This document shows positions 1 to 9,392 of a stretch of 32,000 nt of DNA, in pieces; positions within the stretch are counted from its first letter, which is position 1, and the number at the start of each line of letters is the position of its first letter. The position numbers were made by a program, and so were the translations under genes. The DNA comes from Tepidimonas taiwanensis (lineage in GTDB: Bacteria; Pseudomonadota; Gammaproteobacteria; Burkholderiales; Burkholderiaceae_C), in the NCBI RefSeq assembly GCF_020162115.1, contig NZ_CP083911.1, positions 2,315,735-2,347,734 on the forward strand, given 5' to 3'. The notes under the pieces were generated by a model. It did no database searches and was not told where the DNA came from. It saw nothing but the letters and a program-made list of their open reading frames with translations.

Positions 1-1245
1 TTGGCCCGCCAAGGCATGGCCAGCGTGGCCCTGTCGCTGTCGGCTTGGGCTTCCTTTATCGGCTCAACCGTGGCGATTCTGGGCGTGGCCGCTTTTGCAC
101 CGCTGGTGGCCAAATGGGCGCTGGCCTTCGGTCCGGCCGAGTACTTTGTGTTGATGGTGTTTGCCTTTTGTGCCCTGAGCAGCCTGCTGGGCGACCAACC
201 GGTCAAAGGCGTACTAGCAGCGACCATCGGCCTGGCGATCGCCTGCGTGGGGGTGGACGCGAACTCGGGCGTCTACCGCTACACCTTTGATCTGCCCGAG
301 CTGGCCGATGGCATCGATTTCGTCGTCGTGGTCATCGGTTTGTTTGCCATCGCCGAAATGCTGCAAATGCTGGAGAACCTGCTCACCGGGCAGAAGGTCG
401 AGGTGCCCCCGGGCGAACGCAAGCTCTTCAACTGGCGCGAGCTGCGGCTGACGTGGTGGACCACCGTGCGCTCGGCGCTGATGGGCTTTGGCATTGGCGT
501 GCTGCCCGGAGCCGGAGCCAGCGTCGCCTCGGCCGTGGCCTATGCCAACGAAAAGCGCTTGCACGAAGGCAAAGACCCCAATGCCCGATTTGGTCAGGGT
601 GACTTGCGTGGACTGGCCGCGCCGGAAGCCGCCAACAACAGCGCCGCCACCGGCTCCTTCATCCCCATGCTCACGCTGGGCGTGCCCGGCTCGGGCACCA
701 CGGCGGTGATGATGGGGGCCCTCACGCTCTACAACATCACCCCCGGCCCGGTGCTCTTCGACGCCCAGCCTGCACTGGTGTGGGGTCTCATCGCCTCACT
801 CTTCATCGCCAACGTGATGCTCTTCATCATGAACGTGCCCATGGTGCGCGTCTTCGCCGCGATGCTGGCCATCCCCGGCTGGCTGCTGGTGCCGGGCATC
901 CTGGCGGTGAGCTTCATCGGCGTGTACGCGCTCAGCTCCAGCACCTTCGATCTGCTGCTGATGGTGGGCATCGGCGTGGTCGGCTACGGCCTGCGCAAAA
1001 TGGGCCTGCCGATGGCCCCGATGGTGCTGGGCGTGGTGCTCGGTGGCTTGATGGAGCAAAACCTGCGCCGTGCGCTGTCGATCACCAACGGCGAGCTGCA
1101 CATCCTGTGGTCCAGCCCGGTGACGATGGGGTTGTGGATGTTGGCCGCGGCCGTGCTGGTGGTGCCACCGCTGCTGCGCGCACGCAGGCACCGTCGCTCG
1201 GCCACCACGCCCCGCGGCGACGCGCTCGCCCAGCGCACACAGTGA
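1..1245 (+). CDS. tctA: TctA-family tripartite tricarboxylate transporter, large permease subunit (5' end outside window)
   Basis: The frame is open from base 1 to TGA 1243-1245. The product is very hydrophobic and multi-TM, with GFGIGVLPGAGASVASAVAY and GVPGSGTTAVMMGAL blocks typical of TctA. TctA proteins are about 500 aa, so roughly 90 N-terminal residues lie upstream of the window. Confidence 0.85.
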   Translation: MARQGMASVALSLSAWASFIGSTVAILGVAAFAPLVAKWALAFGPAEYFVLMVFAFCALSSLLGDQPVKGVLAATIGLAIACVGVDANSGVYRYTFDLPELADGIDFVVVVIGLFAIAEMLQMLENLLTGQKVEVPPGERKLFNWRELRLTWWTTVRSALMGFGIGVLPGAGASVASAVAYANEKRLHEGKDPNARFGQGDLRGLAAPEAANNSAATGSFIPMLTLGVPGSGTTAVMMGALTLYNITPGPVLFDAQPALVWGLIASLFIANVMLFIMNVPMVRVFAAMLAIPGWLLVPGILAVSFIGVYALSSSTFDLLLMVGIGVVGYGLRKMGLPMAPMVLGVVLGGLMEQNLRRALSITNGELHILWSSPVTMGLWMLAAAVLVVPPLLRARRHRRSATTPRGDALAQRTQ

Positions 1246-1264
1246 CAAGTGACAGCACCCCAAC

Positions 1265-1291
1265 ACCGGCTCGGGATGCGCCTGAGCCGGT
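1265..1291. terminator. Hairpin between convergent tctA and pyrC (possible bidirectional terminator)
   Basis: ACCGGCTC (1265-1272) pairs with GAGCCGGT (1284-1291), giving an 8-bp stem and an 11-nt loop. There is no U-tract on either strand, so the terminator role is inferred from position only. Confidence 0.3.
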
Positions 1292-1330
1292 CGCGGGCGG
1301 TGGCGCACAGCGCACGACTGGGGAGATCGC

Positions 1331-2371
1331 TCAAGCCACCAGCCGCCAGCGCAGCGTCTCGCCGCCGCGTAGCGGCTTGACCACCGCCTCGCCGAACGTG
1401 TACGACTCGGGCAGCGTCCACGCCTCGCGCCGCAGCGTCACGCGCGTGGTGTTGCGCGGCAGGCCGTAGAAATCCGGTCCGTGGAAGCTGGCGAACGCCT
1501 CCAGCCGGTCCAGCGCGCCCGCCGCCTCGAACGCCTCCGCATACAGCTCCAGCGCGGCCGGCGCCGTGTAGCACCCGGCGCATCCCGTGGCGTGCTCCTT
1601 CAGGCGCGCGGGGTGCGGGGCCGTGTCCGTGCCCAGGAAAAAACGCGGGTCACCGCTGGTCGCGGCGGCCACCAGCGCGCGGCGGTGCTCCTCGCGCTTG
1701 AGCACGGGCAGGCAGTAATAGTGCGGCCGGATGCCACCGGTGAAGATCGCGTTGCGGTTGTAGAGCAGGTGGTGCGCCGTGATGGTCGCCGCGAGATGCC
1801 GCGGCGCCGCGGCGACGTACTGCGCTGCCTCCTTGGTCGTGATGTGCTCGAGCACGATGCGCAGCTCGGAAAAGTCGCGCCGCAGCGGCTCGAGCACCCG
1901 CTCGATGAAGACCGCCTCGCGGTCGAAGATGTCGATCTCGCCGTCGGTCACCTCGCCGTGCACGAGCAGCAGCACGCCCTCGCGCTGCATCGCCTCGAGC
2001 GTCCGATACGTCTTGCGGATGTCGGTCACGCCGGCGTCGCTGTTGGTCGTGGCGCCCGCCGGGTAGAGCTTGACCGCCACCACCCCCGCCTCGCGCGCGC
2101 GGCGGATTTCCTCCGGCGGCAGGTTGTCCGTCAAATAGAGCGTCATCAGCGGCTCGAACGCCATGCCCGCCGGCAGTGCGGCGAGGATGCGCTGCCGGTA
2201 CGCCACCGCCTGCGCGGCGGTGGTCACGGGCGGCTTGAGGTTCGGCATGACGATGGCGCGCGCGAACTGCGCGGCCGTGTGCGGCACCGTCGTGGCCAGC
2301 GCTGCGCCATCGCGCAGGTGCACGTGCCAATCGTCGGGGCGGGTGAGCGTGAGTTCGGCGGCGGTATCCAT
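1331..2371 (-). CDS. pyrC: Dihydroorotase, homodimeric (class II) type
   Basis: Conserved blocks [34 protein letters not shown] and FLGTDSAPH are colinear with E. coli PyrC as I recall it. I place the start at the internal ATG 2371 (MDTAAEL...). The ORF-track start at 2416 is the alternative. Confidence 0.9.
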   Translation of the reverse strand: MDTAAELTLTRPDDWHVHLRDGAALATTVPHTAAQFARAIVMPNLKPPVTTAAQAVAYRQRILAALPAGMAFEPLMTLYLTDNLPPEEIRRAREAGVVAVKLYPAGATTNSDAGVTDIRKTYRTLEAMQREGVLLLVHGEVTDGEIDIFDREAVFIERVLEPLRRDFSELRIVLEHITTKEAAQYVAAAPRHLAATITAHHLLYNRNAIFTGGIRPHYYCLPVLKREEHRRALVAAATSGDPRFFLGTDTAPHPARLKEHATGCAGCYTAPAALELYAEAFEAAGALDRLEAFASFHGPDFYGLPRNTTRVTLRREAWTLPESYTFGEAVVKPLRGGETLRWRLVA

Positions 2372-2453
2372 TGCCTGCGATTGTCGCACCCCTGCCACGG
2401 ACCCGTCGCGGGCCACGCGCTACAACAACACCACGCACGCCCCACTGGCCCCG

Positions 2454-2529
2454 CCGCACGGCGGGCACGACTCGCACTCGACGCGGTGGCACCCACCATC
2501 GAGGCCGCCCCCGCACGGCGGGCACGACT
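2454..2529. repeat. Two direct copies of a 19-bp hairpin-containing element (REP-like) in the pyrC/gltL spacer
   Basis: CCGCACGGCGGGCACGACT occurs at 2454-2472 and again at 2511-2529, a 57-bp period. Each copy with its 5' flank folds into a GC hairpin around a GCAC loop, for example GCCCCGCC-GCAC-GGCGGGC. Confidence 0.6.
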
Positions 2530-2532
2530 GGC

Positions 2533-3282
2533 TCAGTGCGACAGGATCTTGTTGAGGAAGTCTTTGGTGCGCGGCTGGCGCGCGTCCGGGTTGCCGAAGA
2601 ACTCCTCCTTCGGACAGTCCTCCAGGATCTTGCCACCGACGTCCATGAAGATGACGCGGTCGCTCACCTTGCGCGCAAAGCCCATTTCGTGCGTCACGCA
2701 CATCATCGTCATGCCCTCCTGCGCCAGGCCGATCATGACGTCGAGCACCTCGCCCACCATCTCCGGGTCGAGCGCGCTGGTGGGCTCGTCGAACAGCATC
2801 ACGATCGGGTCCATCGACAGCGCCCGGGCGATCGCCACACGCTGCTGCTGACCGCCGGAGAGCTGCCCCGGGTACTTGTCCTTGTGCGCCATCAGGCCCA
2901 CGCGCTCCAGGTACTTCAGGCCGTGCTTTTTGGCGTCCTCGGGGTTGCGGCCCAGCACCTTCACCTGCGCCAGCGTCAGGTTCTCCGTCACCGTCAGGTG
3001 CGGAAACAGCTCGAAGTGCTGAAACACCATCCCGACGTGGCTGCGCAGTTTGGGCAGGTTGGTCTTCGGGTCGTGCACCGGCTCGCCGTTGACCCAGATT
3101 TCCCCCTGCTGGATCGGCTCCAGCGCGTTGATGGTCTTGATGAGCGTGGACTTGCCCGAACCGGACGGCCCGCACACCACGACCACCTCGCCCTTGCGGA
3201 TGGTGGTGGAGCAGTCGTTGAGCACCTGCACGGGGCCGTACCACTTGGAGACGTTTTTCAGTTCGATCATCGGTCGTTCCAT
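2533..3282 (-). CDS. gltL: Polar amino-acid (glutamate/aspartate) ABC transporter ATP-binding protein
   Basis: Walker [10 protein letters not shown], signature [15 protein letters not shown] and Walker [12 protein letters not shown]. It is the last gene of a binding protein-permease-permease-ATPase string. Confidence 0.9.
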   Translation of the reverse strand: MERPMIELKNVSKWYGPVQVLNDCSTTIRKGEVVVVCGPSGSGKSTLIKTINALEPIQQGEIWVNGEPVHDPKTNLPKLRSHVGMVFQHFELFPHLTVTENLTLAQVKVLGRNPEDAKKHGLKYLERVGLMAHKDKYPGQLSGGQQQRVAIARALSMDPIVMLFDEPTSALDPEMVGEVLDVMIGLAQEGMTMMCVTHEMGFARKVSDRVIFMDVGGKILEDCPKEEFFGNPDARQPRTKDFLNKILSH

Positions 3283-3309
3283 GACGACATCCTTCCGATG
3301 GGGGCGGGG

Positions 3310-3978
3310 TCAGCGGATGATGGCGATGCGCGCGTGCAACCGCTTGACCAACGCCGAGAGGCTGTAGCAAATGACGAAGTACACGACCGCGGCGGCGAGA
3401 TACGCCTCGATCGGGCGGCCGTAGTTCTTGCCGGCGATCTCGAAGCCCTTGAGCAGGTCATACGCGCCGATCGCGTACACGAGCGAGGTGTCCTGAAACA
3501 GGATGATGGTCTGCGTCAGGAACACCGGCAGCATGTTGCGAAACGCCTGCGGCAGGATGACGTAGCGCATGTTTTGCCCGTACGTCAGCCCGAGCGCCTG
3601 GCCGGCGTAGACCTGGCCGCGCGGGATCGACTGGATGCCCGCGCGCACGATCTCGCTGAAGTACGCCGCCTCGAACGCGATGAAGGTGATCACCGCCGAC
3701 GCCTCCGCGCCGATGGGCCGGCCGATCACGAACGGCACCAGCAGGAAGAACCACAGGATCACCATCACCAGCGGAATGCTGCGCATGCCGTTGACGTAGA
3801 CCGTCGCCGGCCACACCAGCCACGCGCGGCCTGAGAGGCGCATCAACGCCAGCACCGTGCCGAACGCCACGCCGCCCAGCGTCGCCACCACCGTCAGCAT
3901 CAGGCTGAACTGCAGGCCTTTGAGGACGAAGTTGCTGATGACGTCCCAGTTGTAGAAAGACCAGTCGAGCGTCAGCAT
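3310..3978 (-). CDS. gltK: Amino-acid ABC transporter permease
   Basis: Hydrophobic 222-aa ORF with the polar amino-acid permease loop FEAAYFSEIVRAGIQSIPRGQVYAGQALGLT. It lies 1 nt after the gltJ stop. Confidence 0.85.
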   Translation of the reverse strand: MLTLDWSFYNWDVISNFVLKGLQFSLMLTVVATLGGVAFGTVLALMRLSGRAWLVWPATVYVNGMRSIPLVMVILWFFLLVPFVIGRPIGAEASAVITFIAFEAAYFSEIVRAGIQSIPRGQVYAGQALGLTYGQNMRYVILPQAFRNMLPVFLTQTIILFQDTSLVYAIGAYDLLKGFEIAGKNYGRPIEAYLAAAVVYFVICYSLSALVKRLHARIAIIR

Positions 3979-3979
3979 C

Positions 3980-4735
3980 TCAGTGCCCCCCTGCCGCGCC
4001 GCTGGCGATGAAACCCGGCACGCGCACGCGCCGCTCGATCCAGGCCATCAGCCGGTTGATGGCGAAGGCCGAGACGATGTACAGCCCCGTGACCGCGAGG
4101 TAGATCTCGATGCCGCGCGAGGTTTCCTCCTGCGCCTGCATCGCAAACATCGTCAGCTCCGCCACCGACACCGCAAACGCCACCGAGGAGTTTTTGAAGA
4201 TATTCATCGTCTCGCTCGTCAGCGGCGGGATGATGATGCGAAACGCCATCGGCAGCAGCACGTGGCGGTACGCCTGAGCGGTGGTGAGCCCCAGCGCCAG
4301 CGCCGCGTAGCGCTGCCCGCGCGGCAGCGACTGGATGCCGGACTTGACCTGCTCGGCGATGCGCGCCGACGTGAACAGCCCGAGCGCGATCACCACCAGC
4401 ACGAACCCCGGCACGCCCTTGAGCGCGGGGATCAGCGCCGGAATCACGTGGTACCACAGAAAAATCTGCACCAGCAGCGGAATGTTGCGAAACAGCTCCA
4501 CCCAGGCGTTGCCGAATCGCACGACCCAGGGGCTGTGGGGCAGCGTGCGCAGTGTGCCAATGACGCTGCCCACGACGAGCGCCAGCAACAGCGCCAGCAC
4601 CGACACCGACACCGTCCAGCCCCACGCCGACAGCATCCACTCAAGGTAAGTGATGTCGCCGCCCGGGCCGAAGCAGCGCGGCTGCACCTCGCGGGTGATG
4701 GTGTCCTCGCAGAACACCTGCCAATCCCATTGCAT
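3980..4735 (-). CDS. gltJ: Amino-acid ABC transporter permease
   Basis: Hydrophobic 251-aa ORF with the loop FTSARIAEQVKSGIQSLPRGQRYAALALGLT. It is adjacent to gltK. Confidence 0.85.
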   Translation of the reverse strand: MQWDWQVFCEDTITREVQPRCFGPGGDITYLEWMLSAWGWTVSVSVLALLLALVVGSVIGTLRTLPHSPWVVRFGNAWVELFRNIPLLVQIFLWYHVIPALIPALKGVPGFVLVVIALGLFTSARIAEQVKSGIQSLPRGQRYAALALGLTTAQAYRHVLLPMAFRIIIPPLTSETMNIFKNSSVAFAVSVAELTMFAMQAQEETSRGIEIYLAVTGLYIVSAFAINRLMAWIERRVRVPGFIASGAAGGH

Positions 4736-4751
4736 GCGATGAGCTCCCGTC

Positions 4752-4791
4752 CGAAAACAAAAGACCCCGGCGCGCGAGGCGCGCTCGGGGT
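4752..4791 (-). terminator. Intrinsic terminator/attenuator between gltI and gltJ
   Basis: The minus-strand RNA reads ACCCCG-A-GCGCGC-CUC-GCGCGC-CGGGGU, 12 bp with one bulge (4764-4791). It is followed by CUUUUGUUUUCGG. Confidence 0.6.
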
Positions 4792-4813
4792 TCGAGGACT
4801 CACGAGGCCGCGC

Positions 4814-5716
4814 TTACTTGGCCGCGTAGGCCTCCATCGGCCGATCATTCGGGTTGGCGATCGCCGCCTTGAGCGTGTCGCTCATCGGCATGTTCATCTT
4901 CACGCCGTTGGGCGGCGTCGGCTGCATGAACCACTTGTCGTAGATCTTGTTGATTTCACCGGACTTCATCATCGCGATGATCGAGTCGTCCACCGCCTTC
5001 TTGAAGGCCGGGTCGTCCTTGCGGAACATGATCGCGATCGGCTCGACGCTGAGCACTTCACCGACGATCTTGAAATCGGCCGGGTTCTTCGAGCGCGCGA
5101 TCAGGCCAGCCAGCAGCGAGCCGTCCATCACGAACGCGTCCGCGCGGCCCGACTCCAGCAGCAGGAAGCTGTCGGCGTGGTCCTTGCCGTAGACCTCCTT
5201 AAAGTCCACACCGGCGGCACGCTCGTGCTTGCGCAACGTCTGCACCGAGGTCGTGCCGGTGGTGGTGGCGACGTTCTTGCCGTTGAGGTCCTTGATCGAG
5301 TTGATGCCGGAGTTGGCTTTGACCGCGATGCGCACCTCCTCGACGAAGGTGGTCACGGCAAACGCGACGTCACGCTGGCGCGCCTGGTTGTTGGTGGTGG
5401 AACCGCACTCGATGTCGACGGTGCCGTTTTGCACCAGCGGAATGCGGTTTTGCGAGGTGACAGGCTGGTACTTGATGTCCAGCTTGGCCAGGCCGAGCTG
5501 CTTCTGGATGTCGCCCAAGACGCGCTGGCAGATCTCGACGTGGTAGCCGGTGTACTTGCCATCGCCCAGCGTGTACGAGAGCACGCCGGACGATTCGCGC
5601 ACGCCCATCGTCACCGTGCCGGTGGACTTGATCTTGGCCAGGGTGTCGTTGGCTTGGGCGTGGGCGGCGGTGGCCGCCAGCGCCGTGATGGCCAGGGCCA
5701 GCAGAGACTTCTTCAT
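4814..5716 (-). CDS. gltI: Glutamate/aspartate ABC transporter periplasmic substrate-binding protein
   Basis: I moved the start to ATG 5716 (MKKSLLALAITALAATAAHAQA signal peptide), with AAGGAAAGGA 7 nt upstream. The mature part is colinear with E. coli GltI (TSQNRIPLVQNGTVDIECGSTTNN, KDHADSF, DKWF). Confidence 0.9.
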   Translation of the reverse strand: MKKSLLALAITALAATAAHAQANDTLAKIKSTGTVTMGVRESSGVLSYTLGDGKYTGYHVEICQRVLGDIQKQLGLAKLDIKYQPVTSQNRIPLVQNGTVDIECGSTTNNQARQRDVAFAVTTFVEEVRIAVKANSGINSIKDLNGKNVATTTGTTSVQTLRKHERAAGVDFKEVYGKDHADSFLLLESGRADAFVMDGSLLAGLIARSKNPADFKIVGEVLSVEPIAIMFRKDDPAFKKAVDDSIIAMMKSGEINKIYDKWFMQPTPPNGVKMNMPMSDTLKAAIANPNDRPMEAYAAK

Positions 5717-5814
5717 GCTGTCATCCTTTCCTTGTGGGTAAACAGTAAAGCGAATCTTACTCGCCTTCCGGCACGATCCGGCCCCGGGCAAACCCACCCC
5801 GCCGGCGCGCGGGG

Positions 5815-6738
5815 TCATGCCAGTCCGGTGCCGAGGCGCTGCACGTCCTCCCACAGCCGTTGCGCGGCAGGCTTGTGCCGTCCGCCGCGGGCGCGATAGA
5901 GCCGGATATCGAGTTCACCCTGCCACGTGCCGGACGCCGGGGCCGCGGGCACGAGGCGCCCATCGGCCAGCGCCGGCTGCACCGCGCTCGCCGGCAGGAA
6001 CGCCACACCATGCCCCTCGATCGCCATCGCCTTCAGGCTCTCGGCCATGTCCGTCTCGTACACGCGCTCCAAGTGCACGGGCTGCGGGGCCTGCCGCAGC
6101 ACCCAGTCCACGACGCGCCCGAGGTACGCCCCCGGCGCGTAGGCCAGGTACGGCACCGGCGCGCGCGGCGTGCCCGGCAGCCGCACAAGGGGCTGGCCAT
6201 CGGGGCCGGGGCGGCTGAACGGCGCGAGCACCTCGCGCCCGAGCGGCAGCATCTCGTAGCGACCGGCGTCCAGCTCGATCGGCTGCGACGCGTGGTGGTA
6301 CGCGAGCAACAGGTCACACCCCCCCTCGGTCAGGCGCATCACCGCGTCGTGCACGTTGAGCGCGACCAGCCGCGTCTTGATCGGGCCCAGCGCCGCGCGC
6401 AGCCGCGACAGCCACGTCGGAAAGAACGTGAACGCCAGCGTGTGCGGCACCGCGAACTCGATCACGTCCTTGGCCACCGCGGTGTGCTGACGCAGCAGCG
6501 CGCGCGTGGTCTGCAGCGTCTGCAGGATCTCGATCGCCTGCGCGTACAGCGTCTGGCCGGCTTCCGTGAGGCGCGTCGGGTACGACGAGCGATCGACCAG
6601 GTCCACGCCGGCCCACGCCTCCAGTGACTGGATGCGGCGCGAAAACGCCGGCTGCGTCACGTGGCGCAACTGGGCCGAGCGGCTGAAGCTGCGCGTCTCG
6701 GCCAGGCTGACGAAGTCCTCCAGCCACTTGGTTTCCAT
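5815..6738 (-). CDS. LysR-family transcriptional regulator
   Basis: N-terminal wHTH FSRSAQLRHVTQPAFSRRIQSLEAWAGVDLVDR in a 307-aa product. GGAGGA lies upstream of ATG 6738. Confidence 0.85.
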   Translation of the reverse strand: METKWLEDFVSLAETRSFSRSAQLRHVTQPAFSRRIQSLEAWAGVDLVDRSSYPTRLTEAGQTLYAQAIEILQTLQTTRALLRQHTAVAKDVIEFAVPHTLAFTFFPTWLSRLRAALGPIKTRLVALNVHDAVMRLTEGGCDLLLAYHHASQPIELDAGRYEMLPLGREVLAPFSRPGPDGQPLVRLPGTPRAPVPYLAYAPGAYLGRVVDWVLRQAPQPVHLERVYETDMAESLKAMAIEGHGVAFLPASAVQPALADGRLVPAAPASGTWQGELDIRLYRARGGRHKPAAQRLWEDVQRLGTGLA

Positions 6739-6768
6739 CGTGTCCTCCGTTCGGTGGGGCCGCGGCGC

Positions 6769-8646
6769 TCACGGCGTGTCGGCGCCGCTTTGCTGCAACG
6801 CCCACATCTGCGCGTAGCGCCCGCCGCGCGCCAGCAGCTCGGCGTGGCGGCCGCGCTCGACGACGCGGCCGTGCTCCAGCACGACGATCTCGTGCGCGTC
6901 CGCGATGGTCGAGAGGCGGTGCGCGATCACCAGCGTCGTGCGGTCGCGCGCGAGCCGCCGCAGCTCGGCCTGGATCGCGCGCTCATTGGCCGAATCGAGC
7001 GCCGACGTCGCCTCGTCCAGGATCAGGATCGGCGGGTTTTTCAGCAGCGTGCGCGCGATGGCCACACGCTGCTTTTCGCCGCCGGAGAGCTTGAGGCCGC
7101 GCTCGCCGACCACCGTCTGCCACCCCTGCGGCAACCGCTCGATGAAGTCCAGGATGTGCGCGGCGCGCGCGGCCTCGCGCACCTCCTCGTCGCTGGCGCT
7201 GGGGCGGCCGTAGCGGATGTTGTACTCGATCGTGTCGTTGAACAGCACCGTGTCCTGCGGCACGATGCCGATCGCGCGCCGCAGGCTCGCCTGCGTGACG
7301 TCGCGCACGTCGTGCCCGTCGACGGTGATGCGCCCGGCCGCGGCCCGCGCGGCGGCGGCGTCGCCCGGGCGGCCCACGTCGTAGAAGCGGTACAGCAGCC
7401 GCGCCAGCGTCGATTTGCCCGACCCCGACGGCCCCACCACCGCCACCGTCTGCCCGGCCGGGATGACCAGATCGACGCCGTGCAGGATCTCCCGCTCGCG
7501 CTCGTAACCGAAGTGCACGCCCTCGAAGCGCACTTCCGGCGCGCGCGTGAGCACCAGCTCGCGCGCATTCGGTGCATCGCGCACCTCGCACTCGCGCGCC
7601 AGCAGATCGAACATCCGCCCCAGGTCCGTCAAGCCCTGGCGGATCTCGCGGTACAGCACGCCCAAAAAGTTGAGCGGCATGTACAGCTGGATCATGAAGG
7701 CGTTGATCATCACCAGATCGCCCAGCGTCATGCGCCCTTCGGTCACCGCCAGCGTCGCGCGCCACAGGATCGCCACCAGCGCCACGACGATGATGAGCTG
7801 CTGCCCGGCGTTGAGCAGCGACAGCGACGCCTGCGTGCGCAGCCGGGCGCGCCGCAGCCGCTCCAGGCTCTCGGCGTAGCGGCGCGCCTCCCACGCCTCG
7901 TTGTCGAAATATTTGACCGTCTCGTAGTTGAGCAGCGCGTCGATCGCGCGCGTCTGGCTCGCGGACTCGAGTTCGTTCATCTGGCGCCGGATGCCCGTAC
8001 GCCACTGCGTGATCTTGACGGTGAAGACCACGTACAGCCCCAACGCCGCGGCCGTCACCCAGACGTACCACGCCTCGAAGCGCGTGCCCAGCAGCGTCAG
8101 CACCAGCGCCACCTCGATCAGCGTGGGCACCACGCTGTAGAGCGAGTACGAGATCAGCGACTGCACCGCGCGCGTGCCGCGCTCGATATCGCGCGTGAGG
8201 CCCCCGGTCTGCCGCTCGAGGTGGAAGCGCAAGCTCAGCGCATGTAGGTGTTCGAACACCTGCAGCGCGATCGTGCGCGCCGCGCCCTCGGTCGCCTTCA
8301 TGAAGACGAGCTCGCGCAGCTCCGCCAGCACGCTGCTGGCCAGCCGCAGCCCCCCGTACGCGAGGACGAGCCCCACCGGCACCAGCACCACGCCGCTGGC
8401 CGCCACCGACAGGCCCGGCAACGGCGTGAGCGCATCGATCAGGGCCTTGAGCAGCAGCGGCACCCCGACCGTGGCGACCTTCGCCGCGACCATCAGCGCG
8501 ATCGCCAGCACCACCCGCCAGCGGTACGTCCACAGATAAGGCAGCAGGCGGCGCAGCGTCTGCGCGTCGCTGCGAGGCACATCCTGACCCCGAGCCACAC
8601 CCACTCCGGCCGCATACACAGCGCGCGACGTCGCCTCTCGCATCAT
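6769..8646 (-). CDS. ABC exporter, fused permease/ATPase, Atm1/HMT1-like (ABCB) subfamily
   Basis: Six-TM N-terminal half. The NBD has Walker [10 protein letters not shown], signature LSGGEKQRVAIAR and Walker B ILILDEATSALD, and the RFYD...VPQDTVLFNDTI block resembles Atm1-type exporters. I place the start at the ATG-ATG pair at 8646/8643, because the ORF-track start at 8691 is a TTG. Confidence 0.85.
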   Translation of the reverse strand: MMREATSRAVYAAGVGVARGQDVPRSDAQTLRRLLPYLWTYRWRVVLAIALMVAAKVATVGVPLLLKALIDALTPLPGLSVAASGVVLVPVGLVLAYGGLRLASSVLAELRELVFMKATEGAARTIALQVFEHLHALSLRFHLERQTGGLTRDIERGTRAVQSLISYSLYSVVPTLIEVALVLTLLGTRFEAWYVWVTAAALGLYVVFTVKITQWRTGIRRQMNELESASQTRAIDALLNYETVKYFDNEAWEARRYAESLERLRRARLRTQASLSLLNAGQQLIIVVALVAILWRATLAVTEGRMTLGDLVMINAFMIQLYMPLNFLGVLYREIRQGLTDLGRMFDLLARECEVRDAPNARELVLTRAPEVRFEGVHFGYEREREILHGVDLVIPAGQTVAVVGPSGSGKSTLARLLYRFYDVGRPGDAAAARAAAGRITVDGHDVRDVTQASLRRAIGIVPQDTVLFNDTIEYNIRYGRPSASDEEVREAARAAHILDFIERLPQGWQTVVGERGLKLSGGEKQRVAIARTLLKNPPILILDEATSALDSANERAIQAELRRLARDRTTLVIAHRLSTIADAHEIVVLEHGRVVERGRHAELLARGGRYAQMWALQQSGADTP

Positions 8647-8661
8647 CGACAATAGCCCGTT

Positions 8662-9126
8662 ATGACAGACAACATCGTACCCTCGCCCCAAGCCACCCCT
8701 GCCCCCGAAGGAGGCTTGCCCCAGGATAAAGAACTCGTTTTACGCGTCATCCCCATGCCCGCCGACGTCAACGCCAACGGGGACATCTTCGGCGGCTGGG
8801 TGATGGCACAGGTGGATCTCGCCGGCTCCGTGATTCCCGCGCGCCACATGGGCGGGCGCTTTGCGACCGTCGCGGTCAACCAGTTCCTGTTCAAGCAGCC
8901 GGTCAAGGTCGGCGATCTGCTGAGCTTTTTCGCCACACTGGTGCGGGTGGGCAACACCTCCATCACGGTACAAGTGGAGGTGTGGGCCGAGCGCCAGCGC
9001 CCGCACTACCAATGCGTGAAGGTGACCGAGGCGACACTGACTTATGTCGCGATAGACGAGCAGGGGCGGCCGCGCCCCGTGCCACGGCCGCCGACCACCG
9101 CGCCCGAGGGCAACGCCACCGCCTGA
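8662..9126 (+). CDS. yciA: Acyl-CoA thioesterase, YciA-like hotdog fold
   Basis: LVLRVIPMPADVNANGDIFGGWVMAQVDLAG and TSITVQVEVW are colinear with E. coli YciA (LVLRTLAMPADTNANGDIFGGWLMSQMD) as I recall it. Confidence 0.8.
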   Translation: MTDNIVPSPQATPAPEGGLPQDKELVLRVIPMPADVNANGDIFGGWVMAQVDLAGSVIPARHMGGRFATVAVNQFLFKQPVKVGDLLSFFATLVRVGNTSITVQVEVWAERQRPHYQCVKVTEATLTYVAIDEQGRPRPVPRPPTTAPEGNATA

Positions 9127-9174
9127 GCCCACCGCCGTGGCCATCGCCCGCGACCCGTGATAGCACCGACCGCG

Positions 9175-9222
9175 AAAAAATTGGCAAAAAATCGGCCGCC
9201 CGGGCGACACGCCCGGGCGGCC
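9175..9222 (-). terminator. Intrinsic terminator (minus strand) in the yciA/ampG convergent spacer
   Basis: Perfect 13-bp stem GGCCGCCCGGGCG / CGCCCGGGCGGCC with a 3-nt loop (9194-9222). On the minus strand it is followed by GAUUUUUUGCCAAUUUUUU. On the plus strand it is followed by AAAAG only. Confidence 0.55.
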
Positions 9223-9392
9223 AAAAGTCCATCAGGACGTCGTTGGGAACCGTGCCGGAACCGCCACCGTGGTGACGGGTCATCTGCTGTCACCGGCCCC
9301 GTGGGAGGCCGACACGCCCCGGTGCAATCCGGGGCCGTGTCGATCCACGAACGCCCCGTTAGTTGTGTGTGTATGAGCGGGGCGATGAGCGT

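Noticed and set aside
9363-9372. A short TG dinucleotide run (GTTGTGTGTGTA), considered as a phase-variation tract.
   Set aside because: There are only about 4.5 repeat units, it is intergenic, and it is not positioned between -35 and -10 elements or in a coding frame.
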